Shown here piece after piece: positions 11,097 through 22,000 of a DNA stretch of 64,000 nt. The notes under the pieces were generated by a model. That model was not told the origin of the DNA. It saw nothing but the letters and a program-made list of their open reading frames with translations, and ran no database searches. Each line of letters opens with the position of its first letter. Positions within the stretch are counted from its first letter, which is position 1. This stretch comes from a virus: the IMG/VR virus record IMGVR_UViG_3300046171_000193, positions 64,001-128,000 of that record; one strand, written 5' to 3'. The translations under genes and the position numbers were made by a program.

Positions 11097-12173
11097 ATGG
11101 CACTATTTTCAAACAAAATAGAAACTGCAAAATTTGTAGATAGAAAAGAAAAAACGATTGAGGTGTTGTATAAACAAACTCCTGAATCAGAAACACTTTC
11201 CACGTATATTTTAGAATTAGACTATAGTAATCAAGATTTTTTAGATCTCTTGGATGAACTTACTATCGAAGAGATTCAAGACAATACAAAAAATTACTAT
11301 GATAATATGCGTAATGCTATGAACTTAAGTGTAGAAGAAAAGGCAAAAGTTTATTTTGCTGAATGGGTAAAAGTTGCACAAAAGGAATTAGATAAACAAG
11401 ATCAAGAACGATACGCTATATTTGAAAAATATAAAGAAGAGCAGCTTGCTATTTTACAAGGAGAAGTAGATGAACAAGTAGAGCGTAGAGTTCAAGAAGG
11501 ATATGACGGTGTTCAAGCTGTTATCGATCAACAATACGAAAAAGTTGAGGTATATAAAGAAGAACAAGTGCGCATATGGCAATCTGAAATTGATGTACAA
11601 GTTGAAGAACGTTATAAAGAAGTTGAAACATATAAAGAAGAACAATTAAAAATATTACAGGCTGAAGTTGACGAACAAGTAGAACGACGTGTTTCTGAAG
11701 GATTTGCTGATGTTGATGCATATAGAGAAAAACAATTATCAGTTTTACAAGCGGAACTCGATCAACAAGTAGAGCAAAGATACAAAGACGCTGACAAATA
11801 TAAAGAAGAACAATTAGAGACTTTACAAGTTGAAGTAGATGCACAAATTGAAAATCGATACAAACAAGCTGATCAATATTTAGAAGAACAAAAAGATTAT
11901 CAACAAACTCAAATGGAAGAAATAAAAGACGATCTTTTAAGTAAATATAGACTTGCTCCTAAAAACCTTAAAATTACTCCGGATAAAGTTGCAGACTATA
12001 TGGTAAATAATTTTAAAGATGAAGATCTAGTGTTTAAAACTAAGTTAGCTATATTTAATCTTCCAGAAGTGAAAAATAATAAAGATAGAGAAGTAAAAAT
12101 GAAAGTACGGAAAGCAAAAACTATTCCGGAATTATTTAAAGTATATGATGATATACAATGTAATCACAGTTAA
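11097..12173 (+). CDS. Acidic coiled-coil repeat protein
   Basis: 358 aa rich in E/Q/K, with an internal tandem repeat; RBS GAAAGG. Confidence 0.65.
   Translation: MALFSNKIETAKFVDRKEKTIEVLYKQTPESETLSTYILELDYSNQDFLDLLDELTIEEIQDNTKNYYDNMRNAMNLSVEEKAKVYFAEWVKVAQKELDKQDQERYAIFEKYKEEQLAILQGEVDEQVERRVQEGYDGVQAVIDQQYEKVEVYKEEQVRIWQSEIDVQVEERYKEVETYKEEQLKILQAEVDEQVERRVSEGFADVDAYREKQLSVLQAELDQQVEQRYKDADKYKEEQLETLQVEVDAQIENRYKQADQYLEEQKDYQQTQMEEIKDDLLSKYRLAPKNLKITPDKVADYMVNNFKDEDLVFKTKLAIFNLPEVKNNKDREVKMKVRKAKTIPELFKVYDDIQCNHS
11429..11900 (+). repeat. About six degenerate coding repeats of YKEEQL..LQ.EVD.QVE.R
   Basis: TATAAAGAAGA(A/G)CA and variants recur near 11430, 11552, 11631, 11720 and 11798; unit about 26-41 aa. 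Confidence 0.75.
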
Positions 12174-12852
12174 GTTCGGTAACAAATACGATTCTGAATT
12201 TGTTAATAGACTTTTTAGAGAAATTTGTTATTTTAGCAGAGGCTATTATGTAAACGGCTGGTTTAAGTTTTATTGCTATACAGATAATCCAGAAGGATTA
12301 ATGCATGGTATTAATGTTATCCCTGCTAAAACAGATCCAACACTAAAAGGCGTATGGAATAAGTTACGTCTCTTTGATCCTTCTATGCCATATGTAAGAG
12401 AAGGCCATTACAATATTTACTTAGATTTAGATACGTTTGTACAAGATTGTATCTTTACACGTTTCAGTCACTTTGGTGAAAAGGACTGGAATACACTTCA
12501 CGTGTGTGGCGCGCCATGGAAAAATGATAAGAAAAGATACGGCAGATTATCGAACTATGATGTGACTATACATAGTTCAGTAATGGCATGGAAAGCACTT
12601 AGTCATTTTGAAGTATGGAATCATTTTAGTAATCACGGTTTACGAGATTATTATATGAGAAAGTATTCAGGAGGTATGGATAGATTCTTAGCACACGAAG
12701 ATGTAAACATGAAAACATTCAAGCGTGACTTTGTAAGATCTATGAAATACGATAAAAATATAAAAGATGCAGCTATTGTATCATTTGAGGAACTAGATGT
12801 ACAATTCGGAGATCTTATACCGAACTATAAAACTAAGCGAGAAAGTGTATAA
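12145..12852 (+). CDS. GT-A fold glycosyltransferase
   Basis: VKFGNKY, FYCYTD, WNKLRLF, DxD motif YLDLD, HSSVMAW. Confidence 0.7.
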   Translation: MMIYNVITVKFGNKYDSEFVNRLFREICYFSRGYYVNGWFKFYCYTDNPEGLMHGINVIPAKTDPTLKGVWNKLRLFDPSMPYVREGHYNIYLDLDTFVQDCIFTRFSHFGEKDWNTLHVCGAPWKNDKKRYGRLSNYDVTIHSSVMAWKALSHFEVWNHFSNHGLRDYYMRKYSGGMDRFLAHEDVNMKTFKRDFVRSMKYDKNIKDAAIVSFEELDVQFGDLIPNYKTKRESV

Positions 12853-13420
12853 TGAATCTATGTATGGAATAGATGATCTTTATCGTATAAAAGATTTATC
12901 TCATTCTATGGATCATAAACACTGGGTCGGAAAAGAACATCTTGCAAAAAAGTTTTTTGAATTATATAATCACGACGCCGGGAAATTATTAGTACTCGGT
13001 GGATGGTATGGCATGATGGCTTATCAATTACGTGAGCAATGGCCTGATTCACATATGAATATAGAATCTACCGATATGGATCCTATGTGTGAAGAATTCG
13101 GATATGAATTATTTGGTGATAAAGATATTGCATTCTCCACCCTCAACATAAGTGACTCTTTTATTATAACACAATATACAGGGATTGTAAACACCTCTTG
13201 TGAGCATATGGAGCAAAAAGATTTAATTAATATAGTTAAATCAAAAGACCCAGATTGTTGGGTTGCATTTCAATCGAACAATTATACAGATTTAGATTCT
13301 CATATTAACTGTTATCCTTCGGCCGAGATATTTGCAGAGAGTTTAGAATTAGATTGGTATGCTGACATAGATACCCTAGATCTAGGTGATTTTCAAAGGT
13401 TTACAGTCATTGGAAAATAA
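12797..13420 (+). CDS. Class I SAM-dependent methyltransferase-like protein
   Basis: Motif I LLVLGGWYG, acidic STDMD at the end of beta-2, VNTSCEHM. Confidence 0.65.
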   Translation: MYNSEILYRTIKLSEKVYNESMYGIDDLYRIKDLSHSMDHKHWVGKEHLAKKFFELYNHDAGKLLVLGGWYGMMAYQLREQWPDSHMNIESTDMDPMCEEFGYELFGDKDIAFSTLNISDSFIITQYTGIVNTSCEHMEQKDLINIVKSKDPDCWVAFQSNNYTDLDSHINCYPSAEIFAESLELDWYADIDTLDLGDFQRFTVIGK

Positions 13421-14303
13421 AGTTGTATTTAGCGTATTCATTGATATTCCTGAAGATCGTTTAGATAATCCTGGATGGTATGATCAAGGTAAACAAGTCA
13501 TAACCGATAAAAGCAAAGTCACTAAACTTGCTTTACTGAATAATGCAGAGCTTGTCACACAAAGGCAAAAGCAATACGCTAATGATATTGGTGCAGACTA
13601 TATACTATTTAAATACGATAGTACATATAAAAAATTCTTTGATGATATAAAAAATAGGTTTACAGAGATCTCGGAATATGATATAGTTAACTTTTACAAA
13701 CACCGGGTGATGAGGGATTTAGCAGATGAATACGATTATGTATGTTATCTCGATTTTGATGTTATACCAAATACTACTGACTGTGTATTTCAAGTACATA
13801 ATGTAGATAAAGCTTTAGCAGTCGCTGAATCTAATAGATTGGCGATTCGTGGTAAGGTTATAAAATCAAAATATTACAATTTTTGTATTCGTAATCCTGC
13901 TACTAAATATTGGAATACTCATGCGCTTCTTACGGAAGAAGGATACGATCCAGAAAATGATGTATTTAATACTGGAATTATGGCAGCATCATCTAAGATA
14001 ATAAAGCAATTAGATTATTTTAAAGACTTTGAATATGTTATTAAACTTATGTCTGATGTAAAGCATGATGAGTTTTCGCTTTATCCAGAGAATATACAAA
14101 GAGTATTTAATTATGATAATGAGACTGTATTTTCTTTTTTAATTCAAACTAGAAATATACAAATAAATTATATGAAAAAAGAATGGCATTGGCTAGTAGA
14201 TGAGCTTATGTCAGAACCAAAGCACGTAGATCCTAAAGCAAAATTATATCATTTTATAAACAAGAAAATGGAGTGGATTAAAGATATAAATAAGAACAAA
14301 TAA
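13386..14303 (+). CDS. GT-A fold glycosyltransferase (start uncertain)
   Basis: QYANDIGADY, DxD motif YLDFD, FNTG, W...HFINK. Confidence 0.65.
   Translation: MIFKGLQSLENKVVFSVFIDIPEDRLDNPGWYDQGKQVITDKSKVTKLALLNNAELVTQRQKQYANDIGADYILFKYDSTYKKFFDDIKNRFTEISEYDIVNFYKHRVMRDLADEYDYVCYLDFDVIPNTTDCVFQVHNVDKALAVAESNRLAIRGKVIKSKYYNFCIRNPATKYWNTHALLTEEGYDPENDVFNTGIMAASSKIIKQLDYFKDFEYVIKLMSDVKHDEFSLYPENIQRVFNYDNETVFSFLIQTRNIQINYMKKEWHWLVDELMSEPKHVDPKAKLYHFINKKMEWIKDINKNK
14285..14292 (+). promoter_or_regulatory. Late promoter TATAAATA
   Basis: Exact motif upstream of the structural ORF at 14320. Confidence 0.7.
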
Positions 14304-14319
14304 CCTTAGAGTGTTGCAC

Positions 14320-14670
14320 ATGGCCCAGTACGAAGAATTATCAATAGATAAAGGTACCGATATTACTCTCCAATTAGAATTGGAAGATACTAGTGGTAAT
14401 CCGAAAAATCTTACAAATTACACAGTTGCAGGTAAAGTTAAGAAAACTTACAACACATCAGATAGTGATGCGACTGCATTTACGGCCGAGGTAAAAGCTC
14501 CAGCTACAGGCGGAGTTGTAAACCTTTCATTAACAAATACTCAAACAGGCGCATTTAAAGCCGGGCGATACGTATATGATGTAGAAATTTCTTTCGTAGA
14601 TAGCGATGCACAAACAGTGATAGAAAGAGTTCTTGAAGGCACAATCACAGTCACACCATCCGTGACATAG
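14320..14670 (+). CDS. Small virion structural protein (fibre-attachment type)
   Basis: LSIDKGTD, LSLTNTQT...KAGRYVYDVEI, RVLEGTITVTPSVT; ATG at 14320 preferred over GTG at 14311. Confidence 0.7.
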   Translation: MAQYEELSIDKGTDITLQLELEDTSGNPKNLTNYTVAGKVKKTYNTSDSDATAFTAEVKAPATGGVVNLSLTNTQTGAFKAGRYVYDVEISFVDSDAQTVIERVLEGTITVTPSVT

Positions 14671-14686
14671 CTTTAAGGAATTCCAT

Positions 14687-17600
14687 ATGAAGGTTGTTGT
14701 TGGTCAAAACACGATCGTAAAAAAGATTACTGTTGGAACTCCACTGCGGGTGGGTTCGGCAGCAAATGGTTCATTAACAGGTTTAGACGATGTCAACGGT
14801 TCTATCAACCTTAGTGATGGAACAATACTTCAATATGACAGCGCTACCGGAAAATTTAACCATGTAACTCCTGCAGGAATAACAGGAAGTGGATTAACAG
14901 TAAATGATGCATCTGGATTAGGTTCAGTTGTATATGATTCAAGTTCAGCAGTTCTAACTTATGCTGGACCTTCTAGCGACAGCGTCCATTCGTTATTTAA
15001 TTCTACATACGATTCTAATTCCCTTGGTACATTATCATATACAAATGGAACTGTAAGACTTGTCGGTCCTACATCTGCTCAGATACGTGCACTCTTTAGT
15101 GCAGGAAATAGTTTAAATTATAATGAAACTACTGGAGAATTTTCAGTAACTGTACCAGATACAAGCGCGTCTTTTGATTCTGATTTTGGCACAAAAACTA
15201 CTGACGATTTAGCTGAAGGTTCAAATTTATATTTTACGGATTCTCGTGGTCGAGCTGCGATTGGTGTTACAGATAACGGAGTCGGCTTTGGATCTCTTGC
15301 ATACAATAGCGCATCAGGTCAAATAACATATACCGGTACTTCTGTTGCTAACATGCGAAGTGTTATCAACGTTGGATCAAATCTTGCATATGATTCTACT
15401 ACTGGTAAAATTACATTTACTGGTAGTCTAGGCGGAGACTTTGATGCCGGTGACGCTCAACAATCTATATCAGTAGTCAATGATAATGGTGACTACGGAT
15501 CACTAGCATATGATAATGCTAGTGGCGTATTTACATTTACAAAAGTTACAGATTCTGATATAAGAGGATCTATATCTGCCGGTGGTGATTTAGTTTACGA
15601 TCAAACTACTGGCCAAATAAGTTATTCAAAAAGAACAGATGCTGATATTAGATCGCTCTTTAGCGCTGCAGGAGATCTAACATATAATAATACTACTGGT
15701 AATTTTAGTATTACGACAGGAGCTCACTATGCAGACAGCGACGCTCGCGCAGCTTTTTCTGTTAATTTTGTTGGTGATACTGCTTTCGATAGTAGCCCAT
15801 ATGGAGGGGCTTCTTATAATTCTAGCACCGGTCTACTTACTATTAACGGTACTACTGATTCGAACATACGTAATTCCTTAACTGTACAGGACTCTGGCGG
15901 TTTAGGATCTCTTACATATAACGTAAAACAAGGTAGGATAGTATACACTGGCCCGGGCGTCAGTGATGTTTCAAGTCTTTTATCAGCTAATGTTGATTCT
16001 CTTTCAATGGGTAAACTTACCCTTGATTCGAGCAAAGGTCAATTTACTCTTAAATTAGAAGATGATAGTGTACGTGCTCTCTTTAGTGTGGTATCAGATC
16101 AAGAAGGTGGAGCAAATCTTACATACGACCAAGCAACCGGTGTATTTACTCATAGCGGTCCAAGTGACTTAGATCTTCGCGGTAAAGTTAGTGCTAGTGA
16201 TTTAGGCGGCGACGGCTCATTTACTTATTTTGAATCTGGCGGAGTCTTTACATATACAGGTCCAAGTCCTGCCGAAGCAAGAGCACACTTTGAAGGTGGA
16301 CTTGGTATTGATTATATCGAATCAACCGGCACATTTAGGCTTGATAGTTCTGCAAATATTGTAACAGGAAGTATTGTTACCGGCAAGTTAACTACAGATT
16401 CAGCTACAATTAATAGAGCCACAATCGAAAGTAGATTACGCCTTGATACTATTAGATCGTTAACCGATAGTGGTGATATTGATATTATAGCTGGTGATGA
16501 TGTTGAGATCACCGCTGGTGATAAAATTAATTTGCTTACATCTAATTTACGAACTTCAGCAGATAAACTTCGTCTTTTATCTGACGATAGTAATATTAAT
16601 AATATTTCTGGTGGTGGACTTATACTCGGCGCTGGATCTAATGAAAAAAGTATTTTACATCAGCAATACTTTGGCTATGACCAGTTTGTAATAGGCGCAA
16701 ATACAGGACTACATGTTCCTGGCTTTATGACCGGCCGAACTGTCGATTCTATTAATAAACGCATAGATGAGTTACCTGATTCTGCTCAGATGAAAGGTAT
16801 TCTATCTGCTGGTCCTGGTCTATCTTATGATAATATTAATGGTATATACAGAATCACATCTTCAGGTGTTGTTGCTGGAACTTACGGTGATGCAACAAAT
16901 GTTCCAAGATTTTCCGTAGATTCTCTTGGGCAAATTGATAGCATTAGTAATGTACCAATATCAACAGTTAATAACTTCGTATATGATTCTGCCACTGGCA
17001 ATCTTAAGATTACAACTGCGACAGATAGTTATAATGTCGGACTTACATTAGATCCTTTTACAACTAATAATCTTGTAGAAGGTCCTAACAATCTATATTA
17101 TACTCGAGCACGATTTGATAGTGCATTAGATGATAGTACTTCTGAAACAAGAATACGTCAATATTTTAGAACAGATCTTGCATCTGATTCGTCTCGTCAA
17201 CAAATAAGAAAATATATTAATGTTGGCGCAAGTTTAACATACGACTCAGCAACTGGTAAGTTAACAACTAATCAAGCTCTAGATTCTAACAGCGACGTAA
17301 GATTCCAAAATATCACACAGTCTGGGCAGTTACGTGGTCCGGCAGAGTTCATAATCGATCCGGCGGCTATTGGTGACAATACTGGTACAGTTAAGATCCT
17401 TGGTAACCTTCAGGTTGAAGGTACGCAAACGATTATTAATTCTACAACTGTTTCTGTCAATGATAAAAATTTAGTATTAGGTGATTCGGCTGCAGATTCT
17501 TCTGCCTTACACGGCGCTGGAATTACTTTAGGCGGAACTAACATTGTAGACAAACCATCGTTTACATATTCTCATGCCGATAAACGATTTGTATTTAATC

Positions 17601-18352
17601 GCAATATTCAAGCCGATAGTTTCTACGGCGATGTTACAGGTAACGTAACAGGCGACGTCGTTGGTAATCTTACTGGTAACGTAACAGGTCAAGTATCTGA
17701 TATATCAAATCACAATACAGATAGTCTTGCTGAAGGTTCTACTAATCTTTATTTTACGATACCAAGAGTAAGAAGTTCACTTTCCGTTGTTGATGCAGGT
17801 GGAGATGGTAGTTTTGTTTATGATTCATCAGCTGGACAGTTTACATATACTGGACCTAGCCCAGCAGAAACAAGGCAGCATTTAAATGTTCTTGACGCTG
17901 GCGGAGATGGAAGTTTAACATACGACAGCTCGCTTGGTAAATTTACATATACCGGTCCTTCGCCAACAGAAGCAAGAGCTCACTTTCAAGTAAATGATAC
18001 TGGTGGAGATGGTTCATTATCATATGATTCAGCAACTGGTACATTCACTTACGTCGGTGCATCTGAAGCCGATTTTTATCAGCATTTAAAAAATAATCAT
18101 GATAGCCTTGGCGATCTTACTTTTGATTCGACATATGGAAGTAAAGGCGGATTTGCTTTACATACTAGACATATACTAAGACAAAGAGAAGTTTATGCTG
18201 ACTCTTTTATTAATTCACAAGAGTATTTTTTAATGTATAGCGGAACAACAGGTGGAACACTTGTAAAAGTTAGGGCTGATACACTTGCTTCTAAAATGGG
18301 TGGCGGTGGCGGTGGTGCCGGCGGTGGATTGCTTGGTTATATTAACTTGTAA
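14687..18352 (+). CDS. Long tail fibre / fibre-like protein, very DS-rich
   Basis: LTGLDDV, TDDLAEGSNLYFT repeats, YxxxTG beta repeats, GNLQVEGTQTIINSTTVSVNDK, GDVTGNVTG repeats. Confidence 0.8.
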   Translation: MKVVVGQNTIVKKITVGTPLRVGSAANGSLTGLDDVNGSINLSDGTILQYDSATGKFNHVTPAGITGSGLTVNDASGLGSVVYDSSSAVLTYAGPSSDSVHSLFNSTYDSNSLGTLSYTNGTVRLVGPTSAQIRALFSAGNSLNYNETTGEFSVTVPDTSASFDSDFGTKTTDDLAEGSNLYFTDSRGRAAIGVTDNGVGFGSLAYNSASGQITYTGTSVANMRSVINVGSNLAYDSTTGKITFTGSLGGDFDAGDAQQSISVVNDNGDYGSLAYDNASGVFTFTKVTDSDIRGSISAGGDLVYDQTTGQISYSKRTDADIRSLFSAAGDLTYNNTTGNFSITTGAHYADSDARAAFSVNFVGDTAFDSSPYGGASYNSSTGLLTINGTTDSNIRNSLTVQDSGGLGSLTYNVKQGRIVYTGPGVSDVSSLLSANVDSLSMGKLTLDSSKGQFTLKLEDDSVRALFSVVSDQEGGANLTYDQATGVFTHSGPSDLDLRGKVSASDLGGDGSFTYFESGGVFTYTGPSPAEARAHFEGGLGIDYIESTGTFRLDSSANIVTGSIVTGKLTTDSATINRATIESRLRLDTIRSLTDSGDIDIIAGDDVEITAGDKINLLTSNLRTSADKLRLLSDDSNINNISGGGLILGAGSNEKSILHQQYFGYDQFVIGANTGLHVPGFMTGRTVDSINKRIDELPDSAQMKGILSAGPGLSYDNINGIYRITSSGVVAGTYGDATNVPRFSVDSLGQIDSISNVPISTVNNFVYDSATGNLKITTATDSYNVGLTLDPFTTNNLVEGPNNLYYTRARFDSALDDSTSETRIRQYFRTDLASDSSRQQIRKYINVGASLTYDSATGKLTTNQALDSNSDVRFQNITQSGQLRGPAEFIIDPAAIGDNTGTVKILGNLQVEGTQTIINSTTVSVNDKNLVLGDSAADSSALHGAGITLGGTNIVDKPSFTYSHADKRFVFNRNIQADSFYGDVTGNVTGDVVGNLTGNVTGQVSDISNHNTDSLAEGSTNLYFTIPRVRSSLSVVDAGGDGSFVYDSSAGQFTYTGPSPAETRQHLNVLDAGGDGSLTYDSSLGKFTYTGPSPTEARAHFQVNDTGGDGSLSYDSATGTFTYVGASEADFYQHLKNNHDSLGDLTFDSTYGSKGGFALHTRHILRQREVYADSFINSQEYFLMYSGTTGGTLVKVRADTLASKMGGGGGGAGGGLLGYINL
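17785..18070 (+). repeat. Three tandem ~34-aa repeats (DAGGDGS..YDS..G.FTYTGPSP.E.R.H); a fourth copy near 16195-16290
   Basis: Visible in both protein and DNA (GG(T/C)GGAGATGG recurs). Confidence 0.8.
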
Positions 18353-18369
18353 CTTAAATGTGAATTTTG

Positions 18370-18377
18370 TATAAATA
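18370..18377 (+). promoter_or_regulatory. Late promoter TATAAATA
   Basis: Exact motif, intergenic, before 18398. Confidence 0.75.
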
Positions 18378-18397
18378 AGAGTAAAGAAGTAGGAATT

Positions 18398-18736
18398 ATG
18401 GCAGCAGTATTTTCAACGAGCTACGTTAAAAACGTAGGAAGCACAGAGGCCACTCTGTATACCGCACCGGCTGGCCTAACCGGTAGGCACCTAGTTGTAA
18501 GTTTAGTTGCTACAAATATATTTGGATCTGCAATACCGATAAGCGCCAAGCTAGTACAAGGCGCAGATTCGGTTTTTATTGCATATAATAAAAGAGTTTT
18601 AGCAAATGATACTGTAGATTTGCTTATAAATAACTCAAAGATAATGATACAAAATGGCGATGTAATAAAAGTTTCTGCGCCAGTAGACGATGCGTTTAGT
18701 ATAATTATGACGGTAGTAGAGGAAGTTGAAACATGA
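18398..18736 (+). CDS. Small fibre-associated structural protein
   Basis: TLYTAP...GDVIKV motif; late promoter and RBS AGGA. Confidence 0.6.
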   Translation: MAAVFSTSYVKNVGSTEATLYTAPAGLTGRHLVVSLVATNIFGSAIPISAKLVQGADSVFIAYNKRVLANDTVDLLINNSKIMIQNGDVIKVSAPVDDAFSIIMTVVEEVET

Positions 18737-19035
18737 GTTACGGACACGATAATGAGGGCGGTATCTATACTGGAACCTCTTATAGTGACAAGACTTTCTA
18801 CGGGTTTAAGCTCGATAGCATCGGCGATCTAACTTGTACTGTTATAAGATCAGATGATAGTGATGTTGTTGAACTTCCTTCAGAAGTTTCTGCATCTTAC
18901 TTTGATTCAACGGTCGATTCTTTAGGAGTTACATTTGCTGACCCTGACGGATACCGTGCACACTTTTGGTCCATGGACGCAGTAACATTTAGGTTTAATC
19001 AAAATAACGGCCACCTTGAAATGGTTGTATTCTAA
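18733..19035 (+). CDS. Small hypothetical structural protein
   Basis: FYGFKLD...NGHLEM; ATGA overlap with the previous gene. Confidence 0.55.
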   Translation: MSYGHDNEGGIYTGTSYSDKTFYGFKLDSIGDLTCTVIRSDDSDVVELPSEVSASYFDSTVDSLGVTFADPDGYRAHFWSMDAVTFRFNQNNGHLEMVVF

Positions 19036-19055
19036 TGATTCGGAGTAATTAATCT

Positions 19056-22000
19056 ATGGCAACAATTATAGATCTCGGTAAACTAAGATTTGAGTATCGT
19101 GGTGAGTGGTCAAATTCCACTACTTACGAGGCTAATGATGTTGTCAAGTATGGTGGCAACCTTTACGTATACAAATATGGTTTAAAAACTTCAGGTAATA
19201 TTCCACAGACAGCTTCCCTGTATTGGGACTTGATGGTAGAAGGCTTTAAGTTTGAAGGAGCATACGATTCTGACGCAACATATAACATTGGCGATGGATT
19301 TTCATATGGTGGTATTGTTTATATCACAACAGCAAATAGTATAAGCGGAACACGTCCACCAAATGCTGGATATTCTACATTTACTGATGGTATTCAATAT
19401 GAAGGCACGTGGATTAATTCAAATCAATACCAAAAGTCAGATATTGTTAAGTATGGTCCAAAGTCATACATTGCTACACAAGATCCTCCAATCGGGGCGG
19501 TCCCATTACAATCTGCGTATTGGCAAGTATTTTCTGACGGAATATCCTTTGACGATGCCTACGACAGCAATTTAACATATAAGCCTGGCCAAGTAGTTAA
19601 ATGGGGTCCAAACTCTTATATAGCTCAGGCAGACGTTATAGCAGGGGATTCTCCTAATGTTGCCGGCAATTGGAATTCCATCATGGAAGGCCAAGAATGG
19701 AGAGATTCATACGCTTCTTCTACAAAATATTATAAAAATGAAATTGTAAAATGGGGTGCTCAAGGTTATCGTGCTAAACGTGATAATATTTTTAACTCTC
19801 AACCAGATAATAATCCAACAGACTGGCAACTAATTAGTGAGGGTTTTTTACCAAAAGGTGCATGGAACAGCGGAACTCAATATTATAAAAATGATGCTGT
19901 ACAATATGGTAATAATTTTTATAGAGCAAAACAATCTTCTTTAAATCAACTTCCTGATACAGCTACTACTTATTGGGAAGAATTAACTTCCGGTGTGAAT
20001 ACCCGTGGTTCTTGGGCATCCACCACAGTTTATTATGAAGGTGATGTTGTTATAGACGGTAATAAATCGTATATTAAGAATGGAACAACACACACTTCTG
20101 CTGCAGATTTTGCAACTGATGCGTCAAACTGGACACAGCTTACAAACGGAATTAATTATAGAGCAGGCGGTTACGATAGTTCTGCTAACTATTTAATAAA
20201 TGATGTTGTACAATATAGTACAAGCTCTTATATAGCACTAGAAAATTTTGCTGCTTCTGGTAATTTTGGTAGTGAGCTTTCGGGTGGTAAATGGGAACTA
20301 TTAGCTGCAGGCGGTGGTTCTGTTTTACCATCAATAACTAATGCTGACAGAGGTAAATTTTTAGGATCGACAGATGGTGTTGCTTATAGTTGGCAATATC
20401 CAGGTAAAGCTGATAAGGTTTATTATGTTGCTAAAGGCGGTAATGCAGATTCTGGTCTTGGTCAAACAATTGATACGGCTTGGGGATCAGTTAAATTTGC
20501 GTTAGATAACGTAACAGGTCCAGCTACTATCTACGTAAAAGAAGGTTCTTACCAAGAAAGCTTACCTATGACTATAGGTAACGACATAACACTTAGAGGT
20601 GATGGCCAAAGAAACACTGAAATTAGGCCAGCTGCTGGTGATTCGAAATAAAACAATGTTCTTTGTTAACAGTGGAACACTTGTCGAAGAATTTAAGTTT
20701 AGTGGATTGACTGGCTTTGCTTTAGATTCTGCAGGTGGCCAGCCACACGACATTGAATACGCAACTATCGGTGGTGTATATTTTAGATTAGATCCAAATG
20801 CGGTCATTTATAAATCTCCATATATTAAAGAATCAACTGCTTTTTCAAGTGGTGGTATAGGCGCTGTTATCGATGGTGGCTTGAATAGCAATGCTGCAAA
20901 CCAAGGTTCTATGGTTTTCCATACATTTACTCAGGTGCACAATGGTGGTGCAGGTTTCTGGGTACGAAGAAATGGTAAATCTGAGATCGTTTCTTGCTTT
21001 ACTTACTATAACGATTTCGGTCTTGTAACGACCGGTGGTGGTAAGATTAGAGCGCTAAACTGTAACAACTCGTACGGTACATATGGTGCTGTTGCTGAAG
21101 GATTTGATTCTGGTGAAGTTGCTATTACAGGTAAAATTAGGGGTCAATCACTTCATTATGATGGTAATACAATTACTGGTGGTACTGAATTCAGTGTAGG
21201 ATCACTAATTACTGGTTTAGCTAACGACAACAACGTCAATAGAGCAACACGTGCTGCTAATGTTTCTTTCCATTCACCAAATCACGGTTTGTTAACCGGT
21301 GAAAAAATTGCTATCTCAGGAATGACACCTTCAACATGGGCGTCACTATTTACAGCAGATAGTTATTGGGTAACAGTTACAGACTCGTCTAACTTTATTC
21401 CATATATAGACTCAGCTAGATCAACAGGTATTGATACACAATTAGCTGGTGGAAGAAATACAGTTTCTTCAACTATTACGGACATTGCTCGTCAAAATCC
21501 GGTTCGACTGACTGTTACAACATCTGCTAATACAGATTCATATGCTCCACACTATATTCAAAGTGTTGGTGGCATGACGCAAATGAATAACATTTGGGTT
21601 ACATTTGATAGTGGAGCCGCAACAGCAGGTACCACCTTGTATGCAAGACAAGCTGAAAATACTCAGATTCGAGTTAGTCAGCCTAATCCGGCATCTGAAG
21701 GTACTCAAACAAAAGGAACAACTGGCGGATCAACATATGATTTTGGTTCTAATAACCAAACAATAACACTTTATAGAGGTTCAAGATATAGATTCCTTGG
21801 TGACTCTGCAGCCGCTGTAACAAAATCGGTTGCTGGTGGGCGTTTCTATCTTTCTACATCAACGAGCTGGGATTCTAGTAACTTTACTGATGAATATACA
21901 ACTGGAGTTCTAAATAGCAGAAATACATTAGATGGCGATTCGACTCTTGATAGTACCGTAGACGGACTGATTATTGAAGTTGGACCTACAACTCCATCAA

